Shown one piece after another: positions 41,684 through 55,835 of a stretch of DNA of 64,000 nt. Source of the stretch: Nostoc sp. DedSLP01 (GTDB lineage Bacteria; Cyanobacteriota; Cyanobacteriia; Cyanobacteriales; Nostocaceae); assembly GCA_034530875.2 (NCBI GenBank), contig JAVRCJ020000023.1, forward strand, positions 1 through 64,000, in the 5' to 3' direction. Within the stretch, counting starts at the first letter, position 1. Each line of letters begins with the position of its first letter. The notes below the pieces were generated by a model that made no database searches, had not been told where the DNA came from, and worked only from the letters and a program-made list of their open reading frames with translations. Position numbers and translations under genes: made by a program.

Positions 41684-43060
41684 TCACATATTCGGACACC
41701 CAGGCATGTTATCTCCAAGTAGCAACCGTGCCAAACTGGGTAAAGCTTCACCGTATGTAGGATGAATGTGAACCGATCGCTCTAATAACTGCCAAGTTGC
41801 TCCTGCTTCCATCAAAGATAAAAATACATGCACCAGCTCAGCGGCTTCGTACCCCACCAGGGTTGCTCCCAGAATTTTGTCTGTGTCGCAATCGATCGCC
41901 ATACGATAAAATCCCAGGTCGTGCGCCCACTCGATGGCGCGCGCAATTTGGCTCATGGGTAAGGTGACAGCACGTGCATTGATGCCTTGTTTCTCAGCTT
42001 GTTCTAAAGTCATACCCACTCGCCCCACCTGGGGTTCTGTGTAAACCGCATAGCCAAGGACGCGATCGCTACGCATCCGGTTTTCTCCACACAAAATTGC
42101 TTTTAAGCGGCGATAGTCCTCCCAGGACACATGGGTAAAAGCAGGCTGTTTGGCAACATCTCCGATGGCATAGACTCCAGAACAGGTAGTATGGAACCGA
42201 TCGTCAATTTTGACAAACCCGCGATCGTCTAGCTCAATTCCACTGGCGCTTGCATTTAACGCACTTGTATTGGGTTTGCGTCCAATGGCAACTAGCAACG
42301 CTTCTCCCTCGAGTTGTTCGCTATTGCTTAGGGTCAACCCAAACACATTATTCTCGTAGGCGACGCGATTCACATTAACGCCAAAGTGGAGGTTAATTCC
42401 ATCCTGCTTTAATGCTTGTGCTAACACCTCGCTGACATCAGACTCTTCTTGTCCGAGGACGCGATCGCCCCGCACAATTAAGTGGGTCTGACTGCCCAAA
42501 CGCGCTAGCCCTTGCCCTAATTCCAAGCCAATATAGCCGCCTCCAATTACCAATAAACGAGCTGGTAAGGACTTCAAGTCAAAAAAGTTACGGTTGGTCA
42601 GGTAGGGAGTTCCCGCAAGTCCGGGAATATCAGGAATCAGCGATGACGTGCCCGTGTTAATAATTACTAGAGGAGCCTGAAGGGTAACATCCCCACCTTT
42701 GACGGTGCGATCGCCCACAAAAGCAGCTTCGCCACAAATGACATTGACACCCGCACTCTCCAATCGCTGGCGAACCCCTTGGTTAAAGCTGCTGCGGATT
42801 CCCCGAACTCGCTCCATGACAGCGGGAAAATCCACTTCGACACTTGCGTGGATGCCTAACTTCTGACTCTGGCGCGCCCGTCCTGCTGCATGAGCTGCTG
42901 CTAAGAACGCTTTCGAGGGAGTGCAGCCATAGTTGATGCAACTACCGCCTAAAGCATCCCGTTCAAACAAGACAACCTTACGTCCCTCATTGGCAAAATC
43001 AGCCGCCAGTGGAATGCCTCCTTGACCGCTGCCGATGACAATGACATCTGCTGTTTCCAT
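41684..43060 (-). CDS. Pyridine nucleotide-disulfide oxidoreductase (MerA/Lpd/RclA-like)
   Basis: GSGQGG, GGSCINYGCTPSK, GGGYIGLE, YAIGD, HPTYGE. Confidence 0.9.
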   Translation of the reverse strand: METADVIVIGSGQGGIPLAADFANEGRKVVLFERDALGGSCINYGCTPSKAFLAAAHAAGRARQSQKLGIHASVEVDFPAVMERVRGIRSSFNQGVRQRLESAGVNVICGEAAFVGDRTVKGGDVTLQAPLVIINTGTSSLIPDIPGLAGTPYLTNRNFFDLKSLPARLLVIGGGYIGLELGQGLARLGSQTHLIVRGDRVLGQEESDVSEVLAQALKQDGINLHFGVNVNRVAYENNVFGLTLSNSEQLEGEALLVAIGRKPNTSALNASASGIELDDRGFVKIDDRFHTTCSGVYAIGDVAKQPAFTHVSWEDYRRLKAILCGENRMRSDRVLGYAVYTEPQVGRVGMTLEQAEKQGINARAVTLPMSQIARAIEWAHDLGFYRMAIDCDTDKILGATLVGYEAAELVHVFLSLMEAGATWQLLERSVHIHPTYGEALPSLARLLLGDNMPGCPNM

Positions 43061-43100
43061 CAGCGCTCAACTCCTTAGAGATAGTTTGCTTTCATCAGAC

Positions 43101-43215
43101 TGTGACATACTCCCGGCGCTGCCCTCCGCGACAGCAGGCGCTTCTCAGCGACTCCCGGCAACCCGGCGGACATTAACTGAGCTTTGTAGGACGGGATGCC
43201 CCTCCGCCCCTGCCT
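43101..43215 (-). mobile_element. IS200/IS605 right-end / TnpB 3' remnant
   Basis: GC-rich island; minus strand GGGCATCCCGTCCTACAAAGCTCAG...GAAGCG...GGGAGTATGTCACA. Confidence 0.55.
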
Positions 43216-43249
43216 GATTCTGACAATTATTGACAAGACCTACTTAAAA

Positions 43250-43663
43250 TCAACGAGTAACGATAAAGGCTGCTAGAGCGATGGCGACAACATCCTCGGC
43301 CAGGGCAGCAGGAACTGCACCAATCTTTTCAATGGCAGCTATCCGCACCGCCCGACCTCCATACGCACCGACCAGCGCACCCACAACACCAAACAACGCT
43401 CCAACAACTGCAAAACTGCTGTTTCCTCCGGTGATTAGCCATCCCACAATGCCACCGCTGAGAATCCGAGCAATCAACGCCGGGGGGCTGGTACGCGAGG
43501 GGATTTGCGGCAGCATATCGCCAATCAACTCAACAACTGCTAGTACAGCCAGAACGATTCCTATAATGCCGCCACGCACCAGAAATAAAGCAGCAGGGGC
43601 TGTAAATGCTCGCAGTCCCGCAACTAACCCCAGGAAAAATGCAGAAATCAATGTTACGAACAT
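43250..43663 (-). CDS. DUF4126-like membrane protein
   Basis: GLRAFTAP, ELIGDMLP, SRT, ALAED. Confidence 0.75.
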   Translation of the reverse strand: MFVTLISAFFLGLVAGLRAFTAPAALFLVRGGIIGIVLAVLAVVELIGDMLPQIPSRTSPPALIARILSGGIVGWLITGGNSSFAVVGALFGVVGALVGAYGGRAVRIAAIEKIGAVPAALAEDVVAIALAAFIVTR

Positions 43664-44278
43664 AAATAACCCTTGTGGTAGATTTGGATGCCATCTTTAG
43701 CCATAATCGTGAGTAATCAGTAGGCGGACATCAAGAATTGTAATTGGGATGAGGCAGGGGGCAGGAGGTTTTTAACTTTCTTGAAATTAATTCATAAAGT
43801 TAAGTTTATTTGTGTCTTTCTACTTAATCCCGCACAAATTTCGCGTTGCCCATCTCGGCTAAATTACGAGTTAGATACTACTGTAGCTGAAGCTGGCTCA
43901 GGTTCATAGATGTTTGTCAAGTGCTGACGAGCTTAATCAAGTATTGACTCTTGTAAAAGCACTTTCAACTGCCTATTACACTAATGACTAATAACGTGAA
44001 ATCAATAATCTTTGTTGCCGATTCTACGTATTAGCCCTTTCGTGTAGCAAGACTATATATTAATGTGACGAATGGCTAAATCGGGGCGATCGCCTGATAT
44101 AGATTTTCACTAATACCATTCGAGTCATAATATGGTTCAAACTAAAATTTGGGCAAGATATTAAATATACAACTGTTTATGCGTTGGTTAGATATTGATA
44201 CTTGAGTTAAACAAAAAGTACTGTATCCTCAAACCTATAAGCAGGCTGAAAAATTAGTATCAAAATCTGAAAATTTCT

Positions 44279-45259
44279 ATGTTTCAACTACTCAGATACG
44301 TTAGTATTTTTTTCGTTACTGCCTATTTGCTATTTGCTTGTCATGCTTCATCGCCGACTGAATTAAAACGCCCTCCCTTAAAAGTGCAATTTTCATCTTT
44401 TATTGGCGAGTATCCAGGGATCATTGCTCAAAAAAAAGGATTTTTCAAAGCCCAAGGGGTAGATGTGGAACTAATTTATAAACAATATACCCAATTAGAA
44501 AGAGCAAATTTCAGTGCGGGTAAGTATGACGGTATTACAGCATCCTTGGGAAGTTTTATCATCTTGAGTGCTACAAATCCGGATATACAAAGCGTGCTTG
44601 CGATAGATGAATCAACAGGAGCAGATGTGGTGGTCGCCCAACCAGAAATTAAAACTGTCGCTGATTTGAAAGGGAATAAGCTGGGTGCAAATCTAGGCGG
44701 TTTTAGCGAAGTTTTTGTGACTGAGATGTTGAAAAGTTCCAATTTAAACAGCGATAATGTGAACTTAGTTAAATTAGAGGCTTTAGAAATTCCTCAATCC
44801 CTGAAAAATAATAGTATTCAAGCCGGACATACTTGGGAACCCCATCTTTCTAAAGCGATTAAATTAGGAGGACATATTCTATTTACCAGCAAACAAACCC
44901 CTGGTTTGATTTTAGATTTGATTATTTTTCGCAGCGATATAATCCGCGATCGCCCCGAAGATATACGTGCATTTGTCCGAGGATGGCTGCAAGCCTCGGC
45001 CTACTGGAAAGCAAATATTCAAGAAGGAAATGCTATCATCAGCAAAGCCTTAAAAATTCCTAGCAATACAATTTCTTTACAGGGAATAAACCTAAGCGAT
45101 TTAGGTGAAAATCAAAAATTATTTCAATCTAATAACCCTAATTCTATCTATAAAACTGCGAAGATATATGCAGACTTTTTTATTCGCTCTGGAAACATAA
45201 CCCGGGTTCCTGAGTTAAAAGGTTTGTTTAATTCTTCCTTCTTGCAACCTGCCTCCTAG
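44279..45259 (+). CDS. SsuA/NMT1-family substrate-binding lipoprotein
   Basis: Lipobox LFAC, KGFFKAQGVDVEL, DESTGAD, TWEP. Confidence 0.85.
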   Translation: MFQLLRYVSIFFVTAYLLFACHASSPTELKRPPLKVQFSSFIGEYPGIIAQKKGFFKAQGVDVELIYKQYTQLERANFSAGKYDGITASLGSFIILSATNPDIQSVLAIDESTGADVVVAQPEIKTVADLKGNKLGANLGGFSEVFVTEMLKSSNLNSDNVNLVKLEALEIPQSLKNNSIQAGHTWEPHLSKAIKLGGHILFTSKQTPGLILDLIIFRSDIIRDRPEDIRAFVRGWLQASAYWKANIQEGNAIISKALKIPSNTISLQGINLSDLGENQKLFQSNNPNSIYKTAKIYADFFIRSGNITRVPELKGLFNSSFLQPAS

Positions 45260-45268
45260 TTTAAAGCC

Positions 45269-47068
45269 ATGCAGCATAGTCATTTGGGCAGTATCCGTAC
45301 AAAGTTGATCGCCTGGTTTCTAGTTGTTGCTTTGATTCCGTTGTTGTTATTAACATCGATCGACAAGCAGACAACTGAAAAAGCACTAACTGACAATGCT
45401 CGACAAGCCCTTTCTGCGGCGGCTAACGAAACCACTAACAGAATAGAAGCTTTTATTGATGCAAATCTCAATGCGGTACGCGTAGAGGCGATTCTACCAG
45501 GTTTGGCACGCTATCTGAGCCTAACTCCAAAACAGCGAGATGGCAGTTTTGAAATGCAATTGGCGACAGAAACATTGAACTCTCTCAGTCGCAAAGATAT
45601 GCTTAATATTCTCTCATACTCTTTGCTCGATTTAAACGGGAAAAATGTATTGGATACCCATACATCGAATATTGGCAAAGATGAATCATCTGAAAATTAT
45701 TTTCAAAACCCATTGGCAACTGGGTTATCTTTTGTTTCTAGTATGAAGCTATCACCGACAATTCCTGACCTTGTGAATTTGTTTTTTAGCAGTCCGGTTC
45801 GCAATGCCAAAGGAAAAATATTAGGTGTATTGCGTGTTTCATACAATGCTACTGTTATTCAGCAGTTAGTAACTCGGGAAACTGAACGGGCTGGGGTAAA
45901 ATCCTTTGCTATTCTTTTAGATGAAAATAATATTTATCTGGCACATAGCACTGCACCACAACTACTTTTTAAATCAATTGTGCCTTTACCTATGGATGTT
46001 GTAAATCAACTACAAAAGAAAAGACGTTTGCCTAATTATCCTGTAGCAAAATTGGCAACTAATGAGTCAAAACTTAAGCAAGCATTAGATAATAAACAGC
46101 CATATTTAATTGCATCTTTAGAAGCAACAGGTAATCAGGTTAATCTGATTGCGATCGCTCATTTAAAAAAATATAAACAATGGTCTGTTTTGTTTGCACA
46201 GCCCCTTGCTGTTGCACTAGCACCTGTAGAAAAGCAAATTCGTCACGCAATGTTTCTATTTACAATTATCGCGTCAGTAGTGACAGCTGTCGCTTTTGGT
46301 ATCGGCCAACTGCTAACAAAGCCAATAATTTACCTGACAAATATAGTTTTGCAATTTACCGCAGGTAACTTAGATATCCGCGCCGAAATTAGCTCAAAAG
46401 ACGAAATAGGTCAACTGGCAAAATCGTTTAACAACATGGCATTTCAGTTACAAACATCTTTAGAAACTTTGGAACAACGGGTACAAGAGAGAACAGCACA
46501 GTCACTTATTGCTAAAGAAAAAGCAGAATATGCAAATCAGAAACTAAAACAACTAGTAAATATAGATGGTTTGACTCAGGTGGCTAACCGTCGTTGCTTC
46601 GATATACGGCTGCAAGCAGAATGGAAACGTCTTGCACGAGAACAACGACCCCTGTCACTGATTTTATTAGATGTTGATAAATTTAAATCTTACAACGATT
46701 ACTATGGTCATCTTGGAGGCGATCGCTGTCTGATCGCAATAGGGCAAACACTCCAACGCACAGTTCATCGTCCTGCTGATTTAGTAGCGCGTTACGGAGG
46801 AGAAGAATTTTCGGTACTCCTCCCCAATACTGACTTAGCAGGAGCAGTCAAAGTAGCACAAAGTATTCAACAAGCAATTCACTCTCAGGCTATTCCTCAC
46901 GCACAGTCTGATATTAAGGATATCGTCACAGTTAGTTTGGGTATTACTTGTGTCATACCCACTTATGACATCAAGCCAGATACACTCATCGCTTCAGCCG
47001 ATCGAGCATTGTATAGTGCTAAAGAAAAAGGACGCGATCGCTACTGTACTCATTTAGATATTTCTTAA
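45269..47068 (+). CDS. Cache-HAMP-GGDEF diguanylate cyclase
   Basis: Two TMs, HAMP DEIGQLAKSFN, DGLTQVANRR, I-site RPAD, GGEEF. Confidence 0.93.
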   Translation: MQHSHLGSIRTKLIAWFLVVALIPLLLLTSIDKQTTEKALTDNARQALSAAANETTNRIEAFIDANLNAVRVEAILPGLARYLSLTPKQRDGSFEMQLATETLNSLSRKDMLNILSYSLLDLNGKNVLDTHTSNIGKDESSENYFQNPLATGLSFVSSMKLSPTIPDLVNLFFSSPVRNAKGKILGVLRVSYNATVIQQLVTRETERAGVKSFAILLDENNIYLAHSTAPQLLFKSIVPLPMDVVNQLQKKRRLPNYPVAKLATNESKLKQALDNKQPYLIASLEATGNQVNLIAIAHLKKYKQWSVLFAQPLAVALAPVEKQIRHAMFLFTIIASVVTAVAFGIGQLLTKPIIYLTNIVLQFTAGNLDIRAEISSKDEIGQLAKSFNNMAFQLQTSLETLEQRVQERTAQSLIAKEKAEYANQKLKQLVNIDGLTQVANRRCFDIRLQAEWKRLAREQRPLSLILLDVDKFKSYNDYYGHLGGDRCLIAIGQTLQRTVHRPADLVARYGGEEFSVLLPNTDLAGAVKVAQSIQQAIHSQAIPHAQSDIKDIVTVSLGITCVIPTYDIKPDTLIASADRALYSAKEKGRDRYCTHLDIS

Positions 47069-47142
47069 GGTGAAACGCGATCGCCTCAGGAATTGTTAAC
47101 GCCTTTGCTCGCAATTATAAACAAAGTGCTACAATCAACAAC

Positions 47143-48615
<1,473 letters not shown>

Positions 48616-48699
48616 GTCACGCCGGGACGCAAAGAATGTAGAGACGTAGCAGTGCTACGTCTCTACAAAGATTTTGGGTAACTGGAGATGTCTATTGCC

Positions 48700-50688
48700 T
48701 TAAAATCCAATTTCGATGGTGAAGCTGCGAATTTTTCCCGTATCTAGGTTAGATTTATCTGCTACTTCCAGCGTCCAGGTTCCTTGGGGACTTTTACCTT
48801 TAAAGGCAGCGAGTTTGGGGCTATTTACCTCATCATAAGTTGTTTTGATGTTATCTGAAGATCCGCCCAGGCGATCGTGGAGAATTATCGGAGGTACGCC
48901 TGTTGGGGCTGGGGAGTTGAGGGTAACTACTAGGTCGGCAATGTAGGTGTGTTCGATGTCTACGCTGACTTTGATAGATTTTACAAGGTTGGTATTAGCG
49001 ATCGCCACTGCTAATTTTGATGTTTGCAAGTCGTTAATTGGTACATCTTGCACTGCTTGGAATACGCCAACGGGTGATGGTTGATTTGGCTTGGCTAATT
49101 CCACAGCTTTGAGAGCATTAATTCGACCGTAACCGTAGAAGGGACTGCGACCGTTAGCATCATATTTACCTCCGGCTTGGTCGATGCGATCGCAGGAGCG
49201 TTTAATTATATCTCGTACTTCGTCCCAACGCAGATTTGGGTTTCTAGCAATAATTAAGGCTACGACGCCAGCTGCACCCGGACAAGCGCTGGAAGTACCG
49301 CCAAATGAGTTTGTGTAGTTACCTTGGGTATCGCCCAGATTCACACTACCAGAATTATAACCAACTGTACCAGAGCGATCGGTTGTCCAGATTCCAGGGG
49401 TTTGAGAACTATCACCATTGTTGCTGGGGAAGGCGCACCAAACCGCCTGACCGTAGTCGCTATAAGCGCTTCTTGTACCAAAATCGTTACAAGCTGCGAC
49501 AGCAATTACATTTTTGTAGCTGGCGTAGCCGTCATTATCTACGCTTTCGTTACCATTACCAGCAGCGAATAAAATAACACAGCCTTTGCCATTACGTCCT
49601 TTGGTAATGGCAAACTCCATAGCTAATCTTGTAGAGTCAGGTAAAGGCACTTTTTGGTTGTGTACGGGATCTTTTGCTTCATACCAAACACCATCTGACG
49701 GCCCCCAGCTACAAGAAATGACATCAGCACCGTTTTGAGCCGCCCAAACAAAGGCATCGGCTTCGTTCTGCGAACCCAACGCCGAAGCTAAACGAATCGG
49801 CATCAGTTTTGCACCAGGCGCGACACCAGATGCACCAAAGTTACCGTTTCCACAGGCGACTCCAGCGCAGGATGTTCCGTGATTATCATCGTTCCCTGGT
49901 CTGGGATCGTTGGTTTTACGGGTGACATCGCGCGGGGCAACGATTTTTCCAGAGGAACGGAATTCTTCATGATCGATGTCTACACCGTCGTCGATAATTG
50001 CAATAGTCGCTCCTGTACCATCGCTCAATTTCCAAGCTGCCTCAACGTTGGCATGGGCCTTGATAACTTTACCGTTAATTGTTGTTTCCTTTAAGTGCCA
50101 CTGCTGCGGGAAAACTTGACGTCGGCGTAACTCACGCACTAGTTCGGGATGGCACAATTCAACAGATTGCTCGTTTAAAAGTCTCTCGGCGATATCAAAG
50201 ATGGCTAAACCAGTGTTAGCAGGTGCGCTGATAAAATAACCATTTCGTGCATATTCAATCTGGCGTTTTATTGTTAAGTTGTAACGCCCTAAAATTTCCT
50301 CACACGCCCTCGACTCTTGTCGATTATCGAATTTTACGAACAGGTTTTCAGTATAAATTACAGGTTCTTGAGAGCTTGGATCGATCAGCACGCGTCCGGC
50401 AAATTCAATTTTAGGTTCTTCATTGAGAATTTGCCTAGCGCGATCGCGCAAAGCAACCGCTTGAGTCGGAACTTTCGCACGCAGAATTTCTACACCCGCT
50501 TGTCGAAATCGCGTTGTTAACTCGAATTGATTCAGGATGCTACGAGCTGCAACTGATACAGGTGCGACTTCAAACGGTTTTTCGCCAATCAATGGACTGC
50601 GATTTTCGGTACGAACTACAATGCGATCGTCACTAATAGCAAGTTCATAACGCTGACCGTTTTGACCACCATAGCGAACTTGAACCAT
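48700..50688 (-). CDS. S8 subtilase with prodomain and C-terminal P-domain
   Basis: IIDDG, HGTSCAG, AAGN, GTSSACP, EHTYIADL...GTWTL. Confidence 0.93.
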   Translation of the reverse strand: MVQVRYGGQNGQRYELAISDDRIVVRTENRSPLIGEKPFEVAPVSVAARSILNQFELTTRFRQAGVEILRAKVPTQAVALRDRARQILNEEPKIEFAGRVLIDPSSQEPVIYTENLFVKFDNRQESRACEEILGRYNLTIKRQIEYARNGYFISAPANTGLAIFDIAERLLNEQSVELCHPELVRELRRRQVFPQQWHLKETTINGKVIKAHANVEAAWKLSDGTGATIAIIDDGVDIDHEEFRSSGKIVAPRDVTRKTNDPRPGNDDNHGTSCAGVACGNGNFGASGVAPGAKLMPIRLASALGSQNEADAFVWAAQNGADVISCSWGPSDGVWYEAKDPVHNQKVPLPDSTRLAMEFAITKGRNGKGCVILFAAGNGNESVDNDGYASYKNVIAVAACNDFGTRSAYSDYGQAVWCAFPSNNGDSSQTPGIWTTDRSGTVGYNSGSVNLGDTQGNYTNSFGGTSSACPGAAGVVALIIARNPNLRWDEVRDIIKRSCDRIDQAGGKYDANGRSPFYGYGRINALKAVELAKPNQPSPVGVFQAVQDVPINDLQTSKLAVAIANTNLVKSIKVSVDIEHTYIADLVVTLNSPAPTGVPPIILHDRLGGSSDNIKTTYDEVNSPKLAAFKGKSPQGTWTLEVADKSNLDTGKIRSFTIEIGF

Positions 50689-51043
50689 AATTTAATCTCC
50701 TATATTTATTGGGGATTGGGCATGGGGCATTGGGCATTGGGCATTGAAAGTTTACCCATTACTGATTCCGCATTCCCCAATCTCTTTTATCAATTTTCAT
50801 CGGTTATATCTGGATTAGGGCACAGATAAAGATATAGCTTAAACAGAATTTAATCTTTCTAAGTTCATACAACTGTTTAATTTCTCTTTTCCGAAAAGAG
50901 GTGAATTAAAAGTTAGGTTAATTTACGAATCTTCACTCTTAGTAGGGGAACATTCTTTTTAAAAGAGACGTTGCAATATAACATCTGCACTTATGTGAAT
51001 GGTTTCTAAAAAAACGCTATAACATCATTAGAACTTAAGAGAA

Positions 51044-51607
51044 ATGATCTATTTTCCCGCTGAGTATTTGCTTACAATATATTCTCTACCTCCAATGGCT
51101 GAAGTGAGATTTGAAAAAGATTACTTTTCTGAGTATCCCCAACAAATTCGAGTTGGGAACAATCGCTCTGCTGTATCCTACACCCGTCAGCCTGGGTACT
51201 ACGCTATACATGACAATCAATTCGGTACGGCGGCTCCAAAAGCAATTTTACAACTCAATGGAGGAGCGATCGCTGTGTTTGCTGGCGAACCCAATCAATC
51301 GCAAAAAAATACATCAAGTCCGATTTATACACTGGAACCATTAGGTTCTCCTGCTGTGCCAACTGGACTTGTTTTTATTCGCTTCGCTGAAGGCGTTAAC
51401 GTAGAATCTCAGCTTCAAGCCATCAATCAAGCAGGCTACGCAATAGAACAAACTCTGCCTTATGCACCTCACACCGCCTGGTTGCGTCACCAGTCAGGTA
51501 ATATTGCTAATGCGATCGCTGGAATTTCTCAGTTAGAAGCAATACCAAATGTTGAAAGTGTCGAACCTCAAATGCTGATGGAAAGAAGTTTCAAGCTAAA
51601 AAGGTAA
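51044..51607 (+). CDS. Hypothetical protein resembling a stand-alone S8 prodomain
   Basis: C-terminal half parallels residues ~105-185 of the adjacent S8 protease; start may be ATG 51095. Confidence 0.55.
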   Translation: MIYFPAEYLLTIYSLPPMAEVRFEKDYFSEYPQQIRVGNNRSAVSYTRQPGYYAIHDNQFGTAAPKAILQLNGGAIAVFAGEPNQSQKNTSSPIYTLEPLGSPAVPTGLVFIRFAEGVNVESQLQAINQAGYAIEQTLPYAPHTAWLRHQSGNIANAIAGISQLEAIPNVESVEPQMLMERSFKLKR

Positions 51608-51723
51608 AAGGGCATTGGGCAAGCAGGGAGTGTGGGAGGATGGGGAACATAGGAAAGAAATCTTTCCCCCCTAGTCCCCACACTCCCCCATCTCCCCTTG
51701 TCCCTTCTGCCCCCTCTGCTCCC

Positions 51724-53259
51724 TTACTCTATCCAAACTAAAGTACGTTTCACTGCTTTTTGCCAGGTAGCAAAGTTGGAAATATTGCTCTTTGGCTCAA
51801 AGACGCGCTCAATTTGGCGTTGCTGTACCAATGCTTCATAGTTATCCCAAAATCCTACGGCTATACCTGCGGCAAATGCTGCGCCTTGAACGGTAGTATC
51901 GCGTACCAGGGGACGTTCGACTGGAATACCTAAGACATCTGCCTGAAACTGCATCAAAAAATTGTTCTCGCAAGCGCCACCATCTACGGTTAATCGTTTA
52001 ACAGGGCTACTACTAGATGCATTTATCGCTTCTACTACCTCGACAACTTGGTAGGCGATCGCTTCTAATACAGCCCGTACTAAATGCTCTGGCTGTACGC
52101 TGGCGGTAATCCCGAAAAAGGCTCCCCTGGCGCTCATATCCCAGTAGGGTGCGCCCAGTCCGCTAAATGCAGGGACAAAATATACACCACCATTATCTGC
52201 AACTCGATTTGCCATTGCTTCAGTTTCAGCGGCAGTTGCAATCAGTTTCAAGCTGTCGCGTAACCATTGGATACAAGCACCATTAGTAAACATACTGCCT
52301 TCTAAGGCGTAGCCAACATCTAGAGAGCCGTTGGAATTTTTTTGCGTCCATGCGATTGTGGAAATTAGTTTATGAGGCGATCGCACAATTTCGGAACCAG
52401 TGTGAGCAACTAAAAAGCTACCAGTACCGTAAGTACATTTCATTAAACCAGGGCGATGGCAGCCGTGGCCGAATAAGGCAGCTTGCTGATCTCCCAAAAT
52501 CGCAGCGATGGGAATTTCTACACCCAACAAAGTCGCATTAGTAACGCCAAATATTCCTAAACTAGGCTGAATTTGGGGCAGGATATGAGCCGGAATCTGG
52601 AATATTTCTAGGAGAATTGCATCCCACTCGCAGGTTTTGAGATTCATTAACATTGTGCGGCTGGCGTTGCTGTGGTCGGTAGCATGGACTTTGCCACCTG
52701 TGAGCTTCCACAGCACCCAAGTATCAATTGTGCCCGCTAAAAGATTCTTCGGATCAACATCGCTAAACTTGTCTAATAGCCATCTGAGCTTAGTTGCGGA
52801 AAAGTAGGCATCGATAATTAATCCGGTGCGATCGTAAATTTCTTGGGCATAGCCTTGCTCTTGTAGCTCGTGGCAAAGATTAGCAGTGCGGCGGTCTTGC
52901 CAAACGATCGCTTTATGGAGTGGTTTCCCTGTAGTTTTGTCCCAAATCAAACAGGTTTCACGCTGCACAGTCAATCCCAACGCGGCGATCGCTGATGGGG
53001 TAATCTTGGCATTGGCGATTGCCGTTTCCATTACCCAACAGGTATCCCGCCAGATTTCTTCAGGGTCATGTTCTAACCATCCCGGCTGGGGATAATGCTG
53101 AGTCAGTTCTTTGTATGCCTGTCCGACAATTTTACCTTCTGCGTCAAATACAAAAGCACGGTTGCCGGTAGTACCCAAGTCCAGTGCCAAGACGTAACCC
53201 GACGATCGAGTGATGCTGCCAACTGTGTCCATAGCCGCTTTCAATGATGCGATCGTCAT
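51724..53259 (-). CDS. glpK: Glycerol kinase
   Basis: LDLGTTG, QRET, WQDRRT, GDQQAALFG, TYGTG, VDGG; start may be ATG 53232. Confidence 0.96.
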   Translation of the reverse strand: MTIASLKAAMDTVGSITRSSGYVLALDLGTTGNRAFVFDAEGKIVGQAYKELTQHYPQPGWLEHDPEEIWRDTCWVMETAIANAKITPSAIAALGLTVQRETCLIWDKTTGKPLHKAIVWQDRRTANLCHELQEQGYAQEIYDRTGLIIDAYFSATKLRWLLDKFSDVDPKNLLAGTIDTWVLWKLTGGKVHATDHSNASRTMLMNLKTCEWDAILLEIFQIPAHILPQIQPSLGIFGVTNATLLGVEIPIAAILGDQQAALFGHGCHRPGLMKCTYGTGSFLVAHTGSEIVRSPHKLISTIAWTQKNSNGSLDVGYALEGSMFTNGACIQWLRDSLKLIATAAETEAMANRVADNGGVYFVPAFSGLGAPYWDMSARGAFFGITASVQPEHLVRAVLEAIAYQVVEVVEAINASSSSPVKRLTVDGGACENNFLMQFQADVLGIPVERPLVRDTTVQGAAFAAGIAVGFWDNYEALVQQRQIERVFEPKSNISNFATWQKAVKRTLVWIE

Positions 53260-53400
53260 CTTATCAATATCTGCGACCTAATACAGCACTTTTCATTTAC
53301 ATGAGGTACAAAGTTACGGGTTTTGAGGCAGGAGGCAGAAGGCAGAAGGCAGGAGGCAGTCCCGATGAAACAAAATTACGCGAAGCGGTACTAGTTTTGC

Positions 53401-55455
<2,055 letters not shown>

Positions 55456-55775
55456 CTACGAATAAAAGTTAAAGACGATAAAACCTGCCAAAAGCAGGTT
55501 GTAGATGCATAACCTTACACTGATAGCTGAGTGGCTCTGGCTGGAAATAAAAACGTCTACTTTTCTAGGTTACTAAATTTAATACCAATAGTCCCATTCG
55601 TCGATACAGTTAATACCGTCGTAATTAACTCCATCAAGTCGAACTTAGATCTTTACAAAAGATTCTTTTTGGACAACTAATCCTCATGAAAATGTCATAA
55701 TTGAAGAATACGCTGTTCAAGCTTTAAATATTCGCCAAATCATTATCTGTCTTCATCCCCCAGAAATTTTTACAC

Positions 55776-55835
55776 TAGACAAATAAATACTACAAGTTGT
55801 ATTATACATATTAGTCTAAACTACAAATACTACAA
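55776..55835 (+). promoter_or_regulatory. Promoter candidate with ACTACAA operator repeats
   Basis: ATACTACAA 55787, TTGTATTAT 55797 (inverted, one mismatch), AAACTACAA 55818, ATACTACAA 55827. Confidence 0.55.

Noticed and set aside
41058..41751. Short ORFs over STRR repeats
   Set aside because: Low-complexity translations of GGCAGGG arrays and intergenic DNA
48700..50688. S8 protease as a cyanobactin PatA/PatG for the YcaO cluster
   Set aside because: About 19 kb away, has a P-domain rather than PatA/G architecture, and the precursors have GG sites served by the C39 transporter
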